In this document: piece after piece, positions 35,925 through 46,378 of the stretch | Layout: every line of letters begins with the position of its first letter | How positions within the stretch are numbered: position 1 is the first letter of the stretch | Assembly (NCBI GenBank): GCA_028717725.1 | Contig: JAQUNG010000002.1 | Coordinates: 1-56,399 of the forward strand | Length of the DNA stretch: 56,399 nt | Direction of reading: 5' to 3' | From: a bacterium | Lineage (GTDB): Bacteria > Auribacterota > UBA6266 | The notes under the pieces: generated by a model | The model's input: the letters and a program-made list of their open reading frames with translations, nothing else | Databases searched by the model: none | What the model was told of the DNA's origin: nothing | Translations under genes and position numbers: made by a program

Positions 35925-37571
35925 ATGAATTTTTTGCTTTTGCTAGGCATCTGTATACTTGCAGGCACAGTGGGAGCGCGCATATTCCAGCGTCTTAAGA
36001 TTCCACAAGTCGTAGGTTACATAGTCATAGGCCTTATAATAGGCGAAACAGGACTAAAGATAATCTCCGCAACTACCATCGAATTTTTAAGACCCTTTAC
36101 TTATTTCGCCCTGGGAATAATAGGATTTATAATAGGCGGTGAACTGAAAACAGACCTTTTCAGAAAATTCGGCAAACAATTCTTCGCGATGGTAATAGGG
36201 GAAGGAATCGGGGCTTTCCTTATAGTAACCCCCTTTGCCGCATTGTTTATATGGTTCATGACCCGCAATTTTGCCCTGAGCATAGCCATATCGATAGTAA
36301 TCGGGGCTATTTCATCGGCTACAGACCCCGCTTCGACTATCCAGGTTTTATGGGAATATAAAACCCGCGGCTTGCTGACAACTGCCGTCATGGCTATAGT
36401 TGCCCTTGATGACGCTCTGGCCCTTACGTTATACGCTTTCGCGACAAATATGGCCGATATTTTCATCGGGAACTCCTCTATAAGCATATCGCATTCGATA
36501 TTTCACTTTTTATATGAGTTGTTGGGCGCCGCGGCGCTGGGAATAATCTTCGGCTATATATTGAAAAAAGCTTTCAGATATCTTAATGAACATGACAAAA
36601 TGCTTCCTTTTTCAATCGGGTTAATCCTTGTGACCATAGGTTTATCCAATGTATTTAATCTGGACATCATACTTTCCTCAATGTTTTTCGGAATAACAAC
36701 CGTCAATCTTATACCGAAAAGAAGCGAGGAGACTTTTGACTTGGTCAAAAAGTTCGCGCCGCCTATATATGTTTTGTTCTTCGTGTTTGTAGGCGCGAGG
36801 CTGCAGCTTTCGCATCTCACACTGATGATTATTATAATAGCCGCAATCTATCTCGCGGGAAGAAGTTTCGGTAAAATAATCGGGGCATATATAGGCGCAA
36901 AGATATCGGGAGCGCCGGATAATGTAAAAAAATATTCCGGATTATGTCTTTTTACGCAAGGCGGCGTCGCGGTCGGGTTATCCATAATGGCCGGGCGGAA
37001 ATTCAGCCCCGAAATAGCCGATATTATTATAACTGTCATTACCGCAACTACCCTCGTCGTCCAGCTTATAGGTCCTTCTTTTGTAAAATACGCCTTAAAG
37101 GAAGCGGGGGAAATAGGGCTTAATTTAACCGAAGAAGAATTAATCGCGTGTTATAAGGTCGGGGACGTAATGGATACAAATCCGCCCATTATCAGGACTA
37201 ACGCCGTGTTGGGGGATATTTTAAAAACATTCAGCAAAAACGATTATTTTGCTTATCCTGTCGCCGATTCCGAAAATATGCTTGCAGGCTTCATAACTTT
37301 CCAGGAAGTAAAACACATTCTCACAACAAGCGGACTTGATATGCTTTTGCTCGCGCATGACATAATGAACCCGATAAGAGATATCGCAACACCCCAAACC
37401 CCGCTTAAAGAAGCTTTTGAGCAGATGAAACAAACAAACGCTAATTTTATATGTGTTGTTGAAAACACGCAAAGTAGAAAACTCGCGGGTTTTCTCGAAT
37501 TAAACAAAGTTAATATGAAGATTGCCGAAGAATTGATAACAAGAAAGAAAAAAGCCGAAGGTATCGCCTGA
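35925..37571 (+). CDS. CPA2-family cation:proton antiporter with C-terminal CBS pair
   Basis: About 12 TM Kef/NapA-like core starting MNFLLLLGICILAG. The C-terminal segments (VMDTNPPII..., IMNPIRDIATP...) match CBS domains. Confidence 0.8.
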   Translation: MNFLLLLGICILAGTVGARIFQRLKIPQVVGYIVIGLIIGETGLKIISATTIEFLRPFTYFALGIIGFIIGGELKTDLFRKFGKQFFAMVIGEGIGAFLIVTPFAALFIWFMTRNFALSIAISIVIGAISSATDPASTIQVLWEYKTRGLLTTAVMAIVALDDALALTLYAFATNMADIFIGNSSISISHSIFHFLYELLGAAALGIIFGYILKKAFRYLNEHDKMLPFSIGLILVTIGLSNVFNLDIILSSMFFGITTVNLIPKRSEETFDLVKKFAPPIYVLFFVFVGARLQLSHLTLMIIIIAAIYLAGRSFGKIIGAYIGAKISGAPDNVKKYSGLCLFTQGGVAVGLSIMAGRKFSPEIADIIITVITATTLVVQLIGPSFVKYALKEAGEIGLNLTEEELIACYKVGDVMDTNPPIIRTNAVLGDILKTFSKNDYFAYPVADSENMLAGFITFQEVKHILTTSGLDMLLLAHDIMNPIRDIATPQTPLKEAFEQMKQTNANFICVVENTQSRKLAGFLELNKVNMKIAEELITRKKKAEGIA

Positions 37572-37573
37572 TA

Positions 37574-37990
37574 ATGAAATCGGTTATAACCGTATGCGCG
37601 GCGATTATCAAAGAGAACTCAAAGGTACTGCTTGCGCAGAGGCCGAAAGGTTCACACCTTGCGCTGCAATGGGAATTCCCGGGCGGCAAGATAATGGCCG
37701 GCGAAACACCGGAACAATGCATACTGAGGGAACTTAAGGAAGAACTTAATATTGAAACGGAAATCATAAAATACTTCGATTCAATTTTATTCGCTTATCC
37801 GGAAAAAGAGGTCGAAATCAATTTTTATATATGCCGGATAAAAAATGGAAGCCGGCCGAGCCCTTTACAGTGCGCATCTTTCATCTGGATTAAACCTGAA
37901 GAAATAAATATGACCGATTTAGTTCCGGCAGATAGGGTTATTTTGCATAAAATTTTAAAATCCGGATTGCCGAATATCCGGGCAACATAA
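37574..37990 (+). CDS. NUDIX hydrolase, MutT-like
   Basis: Nudix box GGKIMAGETPEQCILRELKEELNI. Confidence 0.8.
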   Translation: MKSVITVCAAIIKENSKVLLAQRPKGSHLALQWEFPGGKIMAGETPEQCILRELKEELNIETEIIKYFDSILFAYPEKEVEINFYICRIKNGSRPSPLQCASFIWIKPEEINMTDLVPADRVILHKILKSGLPNIRAT

Positions 37991-38194
37991 AACATCTTTT
38001 AACTCTTTCCAGAGCAATATGTTATAACAACAAAAACAGGAGTTTGCGCTTTTAGGATAAATCTCCCGCGTTATTATATATCATATTGCGCCGCAAAGAA
38101 TTAAATCTTTCACCCCGCCCGTTTTCCGGGTTCCTATAATAAGAAACAGGTTTATTCTCTTGAAAATACGCATATTTTAAAATAGTATATATTT

Positions 38195-38848
38195 ATGTCC
38201 AACGGCAAAACAGCTGTAAAAACAGACACAAATCTTTCCCGTTCGGTCGAGGTCTTTACCGAATACGCGAGAAAAACCAACTTTAACATATCGGGCAATA
38301 TGCTTGACCCTCTATGCGGTTCCGGTTCAAACGGAATAGTTTTTGCCAGAATGAACGTAAACTTCTTCGGGCTCGACCCGGACATGACACGCCTTAAGGA
38401 ATTCAGGGAAAAAGCGGCTTTGGAAAACCTGTTGGGCAATGTCCATCTTTATAATCAGTATGCCGCGCAAACATTCCCTTTTGAAGATAATTTCTTTGAT
38501 TCTGTTCTTGATATATCAACATCTTCAACTTTTCTGAAGGATGCCGATCTTATTTCCTATTCATCGGAAATAACGCGTGTTCTTAAGCCCGGAGGAAAAT
38601 TGATGATATCATATCCTTCCAAAGACGACGGCACCTTAAGAAAGCCGAAAAAAAAATCTTCCTCTCCCTGCATATTCACGGATAGTATCCGCAACGAACA
38701 AATCAGGGTCTTCTCACCGCCCGATTTCAGGGAAATTTATAATTTGAAACTTATTCCGAATTTTCAGACAAAAATCGAGTTTGACGAAACAATAGGTAGA
38801 AAAAAACTCAACAGGAAACTTTTTGTAATGATACTGGAAAAATTCTGA
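38195..38848 (+). CDS. Class I SAM-dependent methyltransferase
   Basis: Motif I LDPLCGSGSNG and post-I/II VLKPGGKLMISYP. Confidence 0.7.
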   Translation: MSNGKTAVKTDTNLSRSVEVFTEYARKTNFNISGNMLDPLCGSGSNGIVFARMNVNFFGLDPDMTRLKEFREKAALENLLGNVHLYNQYAAQTFPFEDNFFDSVLDISTSSTFLKDADLISYSSEITRVLKPGGKLMISYPSKDDGTLRKPKKKSSSPCIFTDSIRNEQIRVFSPPDFREIYNLKLIPNFQTKIEFDETIGRKKLNRKLFVMILEKF

Positions 38849-38849
38849 T

Positions 38850-39815
38850 ATGCAGACTTTTTTTGCCGCCTTTCAACAGAGTTTCACCGCCATACTTTCC
38901 ATTTTTTTTATAGGGATGCTCGGGTTTTATATACTCAAAAAAGGCATCCTGGGCGAATGCTGTTTAAAAACTCTTAGCGATCTGGTAATAAACATAACGG
39001 TCCCATGTCTTATATTCAACACCATAGTGGAAAACCTTAACCCGTCCGATCTTTTTAAAATGTGGGTTTTCCCCGTTATGGCTCTGATTATATTCGCAAC
39101 GGCTCTTCTGATAGCCCATCTTTATACCCTTGCGGATAAGTCGATTGGGGAAAACAGCGGTATTTTCAGGGCTCTTGTATCTCTCCAGAATTCCCTTTTT
39201 CTTCCTCTGCCCATAATAACCCTTTTTTTTGAAGGGGAACGGGAAACTATAATGCTTGCGGGTCTCTTTCTCTACGGGCTGGTGAACGGTCTTCTGACAT
39301 ATGCCTTTGCGCCCTTGCTCATGTCGGGCAGAGAAAAAGAGCGTATTCCGGTTTTTAAGCTGGTATTCAACGCGCCCACTCTATCAACTGTCTTATCCAT
39401 ATTTTTTCTTTTCCTCGGGTTAAGGCGATTTATCCCTTATTTTATCCAATACCCGATTGAACTGGTGGGAAACGCGACCGTGCCGCTGATAATGATATCC
39501 ATAGGGGGTTTTGTACTCGTCCATTTCAGGGAAAAACCGAAAATCAATTATTCTTTTATTATAAAAACAGTTATATTCAAACTGGTTGTCATACCGGCCG
39601 TATTTCTGTGTTTGATTTTTTTCTTCAGGCCGGAAGAATCGGTAAGTTTTATGCTTATATTACAGGCTTCTATGCCGCCGGCTACGGTACTGCCCCTGAT
39701 TGCGCGCTTATACGGGGGAAATCACGAACTTTTAAGCCAATGCCTGATTTACAACCTTATTGTTACCGTGATAAGTTTCCCCATTTTTATCAGTATTTTC
39801 AAGACACTGTTTTAA
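38850..39815 (+). CDS. AEC (auxin efflux carrier) family transporter
   Basis: About 10 TM in a 5+5 arrangement with a central loop; typical length. Confidence 0.65.
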   Translation: MQTFFAAFQQSFTAILSIFFIGMLGFYILKKGILGECCLKTLSDLVINITVPCLIFNTIVENLNPSDLFKMWVFPVMALIIFATALLIAHLYTLADKSIGENSGIFRALVSLQNSLFLPLPIITLFFEGERETIMLAGLFLYGLVNGLLTYAFAPLLMSGREKERIPVFKLVFNAPTLSTVLSIFFLFLGLRRFIPYFIQYPIELVGNATVPLIMISIGGFVLVHFREKPKINYSFIIKTVIFKLVVIPAVFLCLIFFFRPEESVSFMLILQASMPPATVLPLIARLYGGNHELLSQCLIYNLIVTVISFPIFISIFKTLF

Positions 39816-39817
39816 GC

Positions 39818-40957
39818 TCAACCGAACACCTTATCTTTAAAATCAGCAACTTTGTTTAAGAGTTTTCTCCAATCCCGGGCAAAATCGTCATATTTCCCAA
39901 ACCGGTCGTCATCCGACGCGTAGTCGCTCTCAATTTTTGAAAGTATGTTTTCGGCATTTGCCGAAAACCCTTCTTCTCCCGAAGCGGCGTCGCGCGATTT
40001 TAAAAACGCCGACGTTGACCTTATTTTAGGAAGAAGGCCGCTCTCCAGAAATTTCCCCGGATAAGGCTGCAAGGTCGTAATATATACTCTTGTAAATTCA
40101 CCCGGGTTTTCTTTCTGCGTCCTTATTTTCTTCCTCATATGTATAAAAGAAGCCGCGTCACGCCTGAATTTCTCATATTCTCCCGGTTCTTCTCCCTTGT
40201 CCGTCAGCAACGCTAAAAAATCGCCGCATACGGCAATCCCAGAGCCGTTCATTCTGGCCGAAATCAGATAATCGATATCTTCTTTGCTTTCAATGAAAGG
40301 GTCAAAGGGTACTTTTTCAAACAATTTCCTGTGCAGCATCATACAGCCGCCCAGTTCTATTCTTTCTCCTTCAGCGATAACCCCGCCGCCCGTTTGGGCA
40401 TAAAGGGTTTTTACGGCATCGGCTTCGTCCCACGCGCAATTTCCCAAATCAGGAAAACCAGCGCGCCTTTTCCCGCGAGTAAAACCAAGAACACCGTAGA
40501 TGATGCTTTCATCTTCAAGCCTTTTTTCAATTCTCCCGGCCGCCGCGTCTAAAAAATCTTTTGATTCGATGATGTTGCGTTCGTCCATAAGCACGATTGT
40601 CTCGGCACCGGCGATTTCCGCGGCGAGAAGCCCGAGATTCTTCACCTGAGAAGGATTGCCCGGCTCCACATACTTTGTCAGTTCTCCGTTGCCGCTTATT
40701 GTCAGCAGATCCCTTACCCTTGTCATTTCCCTGTAACTGAAGACTTTTGCGTCAATTTTATCCTTCATCAGTCCGCTTATCTCGCGCGCTTTTTTCTGGG
40801 CTTTTATGTCATAAGATTTATGATTCGAAACCCCGACAATTATGACTGAAGCTTCGGGTTCCATCCCTCTTATCCTGTCAAGAACCGCGGGGAGATTGTT
40901 TTCGGCATCGATAGGCGTAAAGTAACCGAAACCATAATCTTTTTTCATATTCTTCAT
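39818..40957 (-). CDS. Hypothetical protein, possibly GT-A-like glycosyltransferase fold
   Basis: The ATG at 40957 avoids overlap with nth. IVLMDERN and GGCMMLHRKLF are loosely GT2-like. Functional call is weak. Confidence 0.55.
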   Translation of the reverse strand: MKNMKKDYGFGYFTPIDAENNLPAVLDRIRGMEPEASVIIVGVSNHKSYDIKAQKKAREISGLMKDKIDAKVFSYREMTRVRDLLTISGNGELTKYVEPGNPSQVKNLGLLAAEIAGAETIVLMDERNIIESKDFLDAAAGRIEKRLEDESIIYGVLGFTRGKRRAGFPDLGNCAWDEADAVKTLYAQTGGGVIAEGERIELGGCMMLHRKLFEKVPFDPFIESKEDIDYLISARMNGSGIAVCGDFLALLTDKGEEPGEYEKFRRDAASFIHMRKKIRTQKENPGEFTRVYITTLQPYPGKFLESGLLPKIRSTSAFLKSRDAASGEEGFSANAENILSKIESDYASDDDRFGKYDDFARDWRKLLNKVADFKDKVFG

Positions 40958-41024
40958 GCTGTTTGAAGGCGGCCCCCAATATGATAAGATCACAAAAGTT
41001 TTTTTCAAAATTTCCCTCCGGAAG

Positions 41025-41684
41025 TTACGGTGTTTTTGTTTTTCGCGTGTAAGAACATATCTTTTCGATTTTGCACATATAACAGGCGGGATTACGGGCT
41101 TTACAGATGCTTCTGCCGTGAAAAACAAGCAGGTGAGAAAACATCGTCCGGTCATTTCTGCCCACGATTTTCATCAAATCAAACTCGATTTTTACCGGGT
41201 CTGTTTCTTCCGTCAATCCTATCCTGCCGGATAACCTTATTACATGGGTGTCCACGACTATACCCGGGATCCCGAATACATTTCCGAGTATAACGTTTGC
41301 CGTTTTTCTCCCGATTCCGGGAAGTCCCGTCAATTCATCCATAGAGGACGGAACTTTGCCGCCGTACTTTCTGTCGATTTCTTTACAGCAGGCGATAATA
41401 TTTCTCGCTTTATTCCTGAAAAATCCCGTGCTTCTGATTTCCTGTTCAAGCGTTCCCGTATCCGCTTTTGCAAACGCCGCGGCGCTGCCGTATTTTTTAA
41501 ACAGGCGGGCGGTAACAATGTTGACTCTTTTATCGGTGCATTGAGCGGACAATATGGTCGCCACCAGTAGTTGAAGCGGGTTGGAAAAATCAAGCTCTGT
41601 CTTAGCGCCCGGATATTCCGCCAAAAGCAAACCGTATATTTTTTTGGCTCTGTCTTTCAGTTTCATGAATTTCCCCTCATTCAA
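41025..41684 (-). CDS. nth: Endonuclease III
   Basis: HhH-GPD motif LPGIGRKTANVIL and C-terminal 4Fe-4S cluster C..6..C..C..5..C. Confidence 0.9.
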   Translation of the reverse strand: MNEGKFMKLKDRAKKIYGLLLAEYPGAKTELDFSNPLQLLVATILSAQCTDKRVNIVTARLFKKYGSAAAFAKADTGTLEQEIRSTGFFRNKARNIIACCKEIDRKYGGKVPSSMDELTGLPGIGRKTANVILGNVFGIPGIVVDTHVIRLSGRIGLTEETDPVKIEFDLMKIVGRNDRTMFSHLLVFHGRSICKARNPACYMCKIEKICSYTRKTKTP

Positions 41685-41713
41685 TAAAATTTATATGTTT
41701 CGTATTTCGTTTT

Positions 41714-43444
41714 TTACATTTTTTTCCTGATGTTATCGAAAAATTTCTTAATTTCACCGGCTGACCGGGTATTAAGCACATCTTTTTTCTCAAGCCATCC
41801 TTTTCGCGCTACGCCCACTCCGTATTTTATATCATCCAGTCCGGCGACATCATGGGCATCGGGATTAACCGATATAAGAACTCCTCGTTCTTTCGCCAGC
41901 CCGCAGAACCTCCAGTCTATATCAAGCCTTTGGGGATGTGAGTTCAACTCTATCGATTTTCCTTCCAAAGCGCACGCGTCTATTATCCTTTCCATATCAA
42001 CCTCGTAGCCTTCCCTTGTCAGTAAAAGACGCCCCGTCAGGTGCCCTATCATCGTGGTATAAGGATTCTTAACCGCCTTTATTATCCTTTCCGTCATATC
42101 TTCTTTTGACATCTTGAAGTTAGTGTGTATCGAAGCAACCACAAAATCGAATTTTCCCAGCACTTTATCGTCATAATCAATACTGCCGTCGGGGAAAATA
42201 TCGGCTTCGATCCCCTTGAAAATTTTAAATCCCCCGCGCCGCGCGTTTAATTCATCTATTTCTTCCCATTGTTTTTTGAGTTTATTCTCATCCAAGCCGC
42301 CCGCATAATAAGCGCTTTTTGAATGGTCGCATATGCCGATATAGGAGTATCCTCTCTTTTCCGCCGCGGCCGCCATATCGGGAAGCGTGGCAGAACCGTC
42401 CGAATAAGAAGTATGCACATGCAAAGCGCCTTTTATGTCTTTATCCTCAACCAGCCGCGGCAATTTCCCTTCTAAAGCCGCTTCTATTTCGCCCCTGTCT
42501 TCCCTTAGTTCCGGAGGGATAAAAGATAATCCCAGCGCGTCGAATATATCTTTTTCGGTTTTGCACGGAATGTTTCTGTTTTTGCTGAACAGTCCGTATT
42601 CGTTCATTTTCATACCCTTGCTTTTAGCAAAAATCCTCATCGCGGTGTTATGCTCTTTGCTTCCGGTAAAATGATGCAGGGCATACGGGAATTCTTTGTC
42701 GGATACGATTCTTATATCGGCATTCATTCCTCCGGCAAGTTTAACGCTGGTTTTCGTGGGGCCTTTCGCTATAACATCCTTAACCCCGGGCAGAGACGCA
42801 AAAATATCCGCGATTTTGCCCGGGTCGGAAGCGCTTGCGACAAAATCTATATCTCCTATCAATTCTTTTTTTCTTCTCAGGCTTCCCGCCGCTTCCATTC
42901 TTTTTATATTATTTTCCCCCTTTTCGCGCATAATACCCAGTATCCTATCCGCTTCCACTCCGGCGTCCGATATAAGGAATTTGCCATGGTTCGCGCTCAG
43001 ATATTTAATGCCTTTAAGTATATTTTCCTGCGTCTTGTTCCCAAACCCTTCCAGAGATGCGATTTTATTCTTCCTGCAGGCTTCTTCAAGCCCTTTTACG
43101 GTCTTTATATCAAGTTTCTCGTAAATCGAACGGATTTTCTTGGGGCCGAGCCCTTCTATCAAAAGCATTTCCGTTATCCCGTCCGGAATCGAGCTTTTAA
43201 GTTCGTCATAATATCCGATGTGCCCCGTTTTCGCAAATTCCGCTATTTTCTCGGACAAACCTTTGCCTATACCGGGGATTTCGGCAAGAGTCCCTTCCGC
43301 CGCGGATTTTTCCAGCGGCCCCTGATATTGCTCTATCGCTCTTGCGGCGTTATGATAGGCCCTGATCTTAAAAGGATTTTCCCCTTTAAGTTCAAGCAGT
43401 GTCCCGATTTCTTCCAATAATTCCGCTAATCTTGCTTTATCCAT
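41714..43444 (-). CDS. polX: DNA polymerase X family protein with C-terminal PHP domain
   Basis: N-terminal HhH repeats, GSLRRKKELIGDIDF nucleotidyltransferase motif, HVHTSYSDG PHP motif. Confidence 0.9.
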   Translation of the reverse strand: MDKARLAELLEEIGTLLELKGENPFKIRAYHNAARAIEQYQGPLEKSAAEGTLAEIPGIGKGLSEKIAEFAKTGHIGYYDELKSSIPDGITEMLLIEGLGPKKIRSIYEKLDIKTVKGLEEACRKNKIASLEGFGNKTQENILKGIKYLSANHGKFLISDAGVEADRILGIMREKGENNIKRMEAAGSLRRKKELIGDIDFVASASDPGKIADIFASLPGVKDVIAKGPTKTSVKLAGGMNADIRIVSDKEFPYALHHFTGSKEHNTAMRIFAKSKGMKMNEYGLFSKNRNIPCKTEKDIFDALGLSFIPPELREDRGEIEAALEGKLPRLVEDKDIKGALHVHTSYSDGSATLPDMAAAAEKRGYSYIGICDHSKSAYYAGGLDENKLKKQWEEIDELNARRGGFKIFKGIEADIFPDGSIDYDDKVLGKFDFVVASIHTNFKMSKEDMTERIIKAVKNPYTTMIGHLTGRLLLTREGYEVDMERIIDACALEGKSIELNSHPQRLDIDWRFCGLAKERGVLISVNPDAHDVAGLDDIKYGVGVARKGWLEKKDVLNTRSAGEIKKFFDNIRKKM

Positions 43445-43525
43445 ATTTTCCTTATTTATTTTATCTGATTATTGTATAATGTCTTTTGCGAAATTAAACT
43501 ATTTTTTGCAAATTTTAAAAATATT

Positions 43526-44080
43526 ATGGAAAAACTCATAGAACAACTCTTAAAAGAACTCGGCGAAGACCCCAAAAGGGAGGGCTTGTCCAAAACTCCT
43601 CTAAGGGTAAAAGAATCTCTCTCTTTTCTCACAAAAGGGTACGGGGAAAACCCTCATAAACTCCTGTCGGAAGCCATGTATGAAGAGAAATATGATGAAA
43701 TGGTCTTCCTGAAGGACATAGAAATGTTCAGCATGTGCGAACACCACCTGCTGCCTTTTTACGGTAAATGTCACGTCGCATACCTGCCGGATAAAAAGGT
43801 CATCGGACTGTCTAAAATACCGAGGCTCGTCGAAATTTACAGCCGGCGGCTCCAGGTGCAGGAGAGATTGACCACTCAAATCGCCCAGACGCTCCAGGAC
43901 GTTATAAAACCTCTCGGAGTCGCCGTTGTCATAGAGGCGTTTCATTTATGCATGGCAATGCGCGGAGTTGAAAAACAAAACGCATATTGCACCACAAGCG
44001 CGATGTTCGGAGCTTTCCGGTCTAACAGTAAAACAAGGATGGAATTTATCAGCCTGCTCGGAGCGAAAAAGAATTTTTAA
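43526..44080 (+). CDS. folE: GTP cyclohydrolase I
   Basis: [12 protein letters not shown] and CEHHLLPF motifs. Confidence 0.9.
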   Translation: MEKLIEQLLKELGEDPKREGLSKTPLRVKESLSFLTKGYGENPHKLLSEAMYEEKYDEMVFLKDIEMFSMCEHHLLPFYGKCHVAYLPDKKVIGLSKIPRLVEIYSRRLQVQERLTTQIAQTLQDVIKPLGVAVVIEAFHLCMAMRGVEKQNAYCTTSAMFGAFRSNSKTRMEFISLLGAKKNF

Positions 44081-44085
44081 CTCAT

Positions 44086-44811
44086 ATGGAACAGGAAATG
44101 AATGTTACATATTTTTTGGCATTTTTTTACGGGTTCCTGTCTTTTTTGTCACCCTGCATTTTCCCTCTGATACCGTCTTACATATCTTTTATGACAGGCT
44201 CATCCATAGACCAATTGTCATCTTCGGATAACAGACTTAAAAATCTTTTAACCATCATCGTGAGTTCTTTGCTTTTTGTGCTCGGTTTTTCCCTGGTGTT
44301 CATCAGTCTCGGGGCTTCAGCTTCGCTGATAGGGAAAACATTTTTCGGGGCCAAAAGAATTATTGAGGTGATAGGGGGGCTGTTGCTTATAGCTCTCGGC
44401 ATCCATATGAGCGGAATAGTAAATATTCCTTTCCTTAATTTCGAAAAAAAACTGCGTTTCAGGAAAAAACCTTTCGGTTTCATCGGTTCTTTTGCTTTAG
44501 GGCTTGTTTTCGCGGCGGGTTGGACACCGTGCCTCGGTCCGCTTGCCGCGGCGGTTATAACATTCGCCAGCCAGACCAAAAATATTTCCCAGGCTGTTCT
44601 GCTGATGCTTTTTTTCTCGCTGGGAATCGGGGTGCCTTTTATTGTTGTATCGGTCGGACTGCAGAGCTTTCTCCAATTCAGTTCTTTCCTGAAAAAATAT
44701 CTGGGCAAAATCCAGGCGGTATCCGGTATTCTTATACTTCTTACCGGCATACTGTTTGTCAGCGGCAAATTCGAACTGGTCACATTGTTCATAACCAATC
44801 TTTTTTATTAA
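44086..44811 (+). CDS. ccdA: Cytochrome c biogenesis/thiol-disulfide transfer membrane protein CcdA (DsbD core)
   Basis: FLSPCIFPLIPSY and GWTPCLGPL conserved Cys motifs, 6 TM. Confidence 0.85.
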   Translation: MEQEMNVTYFLAFFYGFLSFLSPCIFPLIPSYISFMTGSSIDQLSSSDNRLKNLLTIIVSSLLFVLGFSLVFISLGASASLIGKTFFGAKRIIEVIGGLLLIALGIHMSGIVNIPFLNFEKKLRFRKKPFGFIGSFALGLVFAAGWTPCLGPLAAAVITFASQTKNISQAVLLMLFFSLGIGVPFIVVSVGLQSFLQFSSFLKKYLGKIQAVSGILILLTGILFVSGKFELVTLFITNLFY

Positions 44812-44824
44812 ACGGAGGGTGATT

Positions 44825-45142
44825 ATGAAAATTTTTGCTATGTTGGTGTTTTTTGTTCTGCTTGCGCCTGCTTTCACAAACTGTATGTCGGAAGAAAGGA
44901 TTATACGAAGGACTTACAGTTCGGGAGGCCCTTTCTATGAATCGGAAGAAATAGTCACTACGGAATATTCTCCGGTATCACGTTCAACGCGCACAACGGT
45001 AATAGAACGGCCGGGCGAAACGGTTATAATATATCCTTCAAGGAGAGTGGTAGTAAACCCGAACAGGGGATACATTTATCAGTCCGGAGAACGTTATTCA
45101 GCTTCAACAATAACGCGGGAAACCGTCGAAATAGTGGAATAG
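44825..45142 (+). CDS. Small secreted/lipoprotein-like hypothetical protein
   Basis: GGAGGG RBS, signal peptide MKIFAMLVFFVLLAPAFTNC. Confidence 0.6.
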   Translation: MKIFAMLVFFVLLAPAFTNCMSEERIIRRTYSSGGPFYESEEIVTTEYSPVSRSTRTTVIERPGETVIIYPSRRVVVNPNRGYIYQSGERYSASTITRETVEIVE

Positions 45143-45148
45143 GGCAGT

Positions 45149-45403
45149 TTAGTGCAGGCGATTATTTTTCGGAAGAAAAAAAGCCTGTTCATTCGCCGAT
45201 TCCGAGATTTCCTCCAATATATCCGTAATCTCTTCGAAATTTATTTCACCGGCAGGTGAATTGAAGAGGACAAAAGATATCATGTTTTTTATCTTGTCAA
45301 GGGCTTCCTCAAAACTGCATCCGGAAGCCGAAACACCCAGCTCCGGACACGATACCACAAAACCCAGACTTTCTTTTTGCCTGACTTCTATCGAAAACCG
45401 CAT
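45149..45403 (-). CDS. HicB-like/UPF0150-fold small protein
   Basis: MRFSIEV...GFVVSCPELGVSASGCSFEEALDKIKN resembles the HicB N-terminal fold. No HicA partner is seen. Confidence 0.5.
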   Translation of the reverse strand: MRFSIEVRQKESLGFVVSCPELGVSASGCSFEEALDKIKNMISFVLFNSPAGEINFEEITDILEEISESANEQAFFLPKNNRLH

Positions 45404-45436
45404 TTTCCCGCTCCCTCAATAGATAATACAGCCGGT

Positions 45437-46369
45437 TTATTCATTCGTGCATTTACACATTTTTAAGAGATTCTGCCACGCGTCATCAACATCCTGTTGA
45501 ATTTCCTTAAGCAGAGATTCGTTTTCCTTTTTAAAAAGGTGTTTGAACCTCGCCTGCGGTTTTAAAAACTCGGTTACGGGTTTCTTTTTGTCTTTGGGAT
45601 CATAATTCAACCTGTATTTCCCTTTTTCGACTTCATATGAAGGCCAGAAACAGGTTTCTTTCGCGAGCCGGCCAACTTCAACGGTTTTGCTGGGGTCATA
45701 TCCCCAGCCAAGGCGGCAGGGCTGAAACACATTAATAAATTTCGGGCCTGTTATAGACAACGCCTTCTCAACTTTTTTCGTGAGGTCTGTCCAGTCGCCC
45801 ACAACCGCCTGCGCGACATAAGGGACGTGGTGCGCGATAAGCACCGCCGTAAGGTCTTTCTTTTTCTGGGTCTTGCCCTGCTCAACTTTGCCGGCAGGCG
45901 CCGTTGTCGTATTAGCTCCTTTCGGCGTAGCACTTGAACGCTGGATACCCGTATTCATATAGGCCCCATTGTCATAACATACATAAAGAATATCGTGGCC
46001 TCTTTCCATCGCTCCGGAAAGCGACTGCAATCCTATATCGTATGTGCCTCCGTCGCCGCCGAAAGCGATGAATTTCAAGTTTTTATCAATTTTTTTCTGT
46101 TTTTTAAGAGCAAGGTAGCAGGATTCAACGCCGCTTATGGTAGCCGCGGCATTTTCAAACGCGCTGTGTATGAAAGGAACATTCCACGAAGTATAGGGGA
46201 ATATCGTGGAAAAAACCTCCAGGCATCCGGTAGCGTTAGCAACCACTACATTCCCTTCCGTCGCCATCATTACCTGCCTCGCCACTATTGCGGCGCCGCA
46301 CCCCGCGCACCCGCGGTGCCCATTTGTAAAAAATTTAGGTTTTTTTGCCAGTTCTTTTAGAGTAGCCAT
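45437..46369 (-). CDS. porB: Pyruvate/2-oxoacid:ferredoxin oxidoreductase beta subunit
   Basis: GHRGCAGCG and TPP motif GGDGGTYDIG. Confidence 0.9.
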   Translation of the reverse strand: MATLKELAKKPKFFTNGHRGCAGCGAAIVARQVMMATEGNVVVANATGCLEVFSTIFPYTSWNVPFIHSAFENAAATISGVESCYLALKKQKKIDKNLKFIAFGGDGGTYDIGLQSLSGAMERGHDILYVCYDNGAYMNTGIQRSSATPKGANTTTAPAGKVEQGKTQKKKDLTAVLIAHHVPYVAQAVVGDWTDLTKKVEKALSITGPKFINVFQPCRLGWGYDPSKTVEVGRLAKETCFWPSYEVEKGKYRLNYDPKDKKKPVTEFLKPQARFKHLFKKENESLLKEIQQDVDDAWQNLLKMCKCTNE

Positions 46370-46378
46370 TTTTTTCTC

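Noticed and set aside
40958-41155. N-terminal extension of the 39818 gene
   Set aside because: It would overlap the 3' end of nth by 130 nt on the same strand. The internal ATG at 40957 gives a compact arrangement.
42650-43420. 256-aa plus-strand ORF
   Set aside because: It is antisense to polX, which has clear PolX/PHP motifs. The translation is low-complexity (F/R/G-rich) with no motif or RBS.
44178-44798. 206-aa minus-strand ORF
   Set aside because: It is antisense to ccdA, whose two conserved Cys motifs are unmistakable.
45149-45403. HicAB toxin-antitoxin module
   Set aside because: Only a HicB-like fold protein is present, with no adjacent HicA-sized ORF on either side. The domain call itself is tentative.
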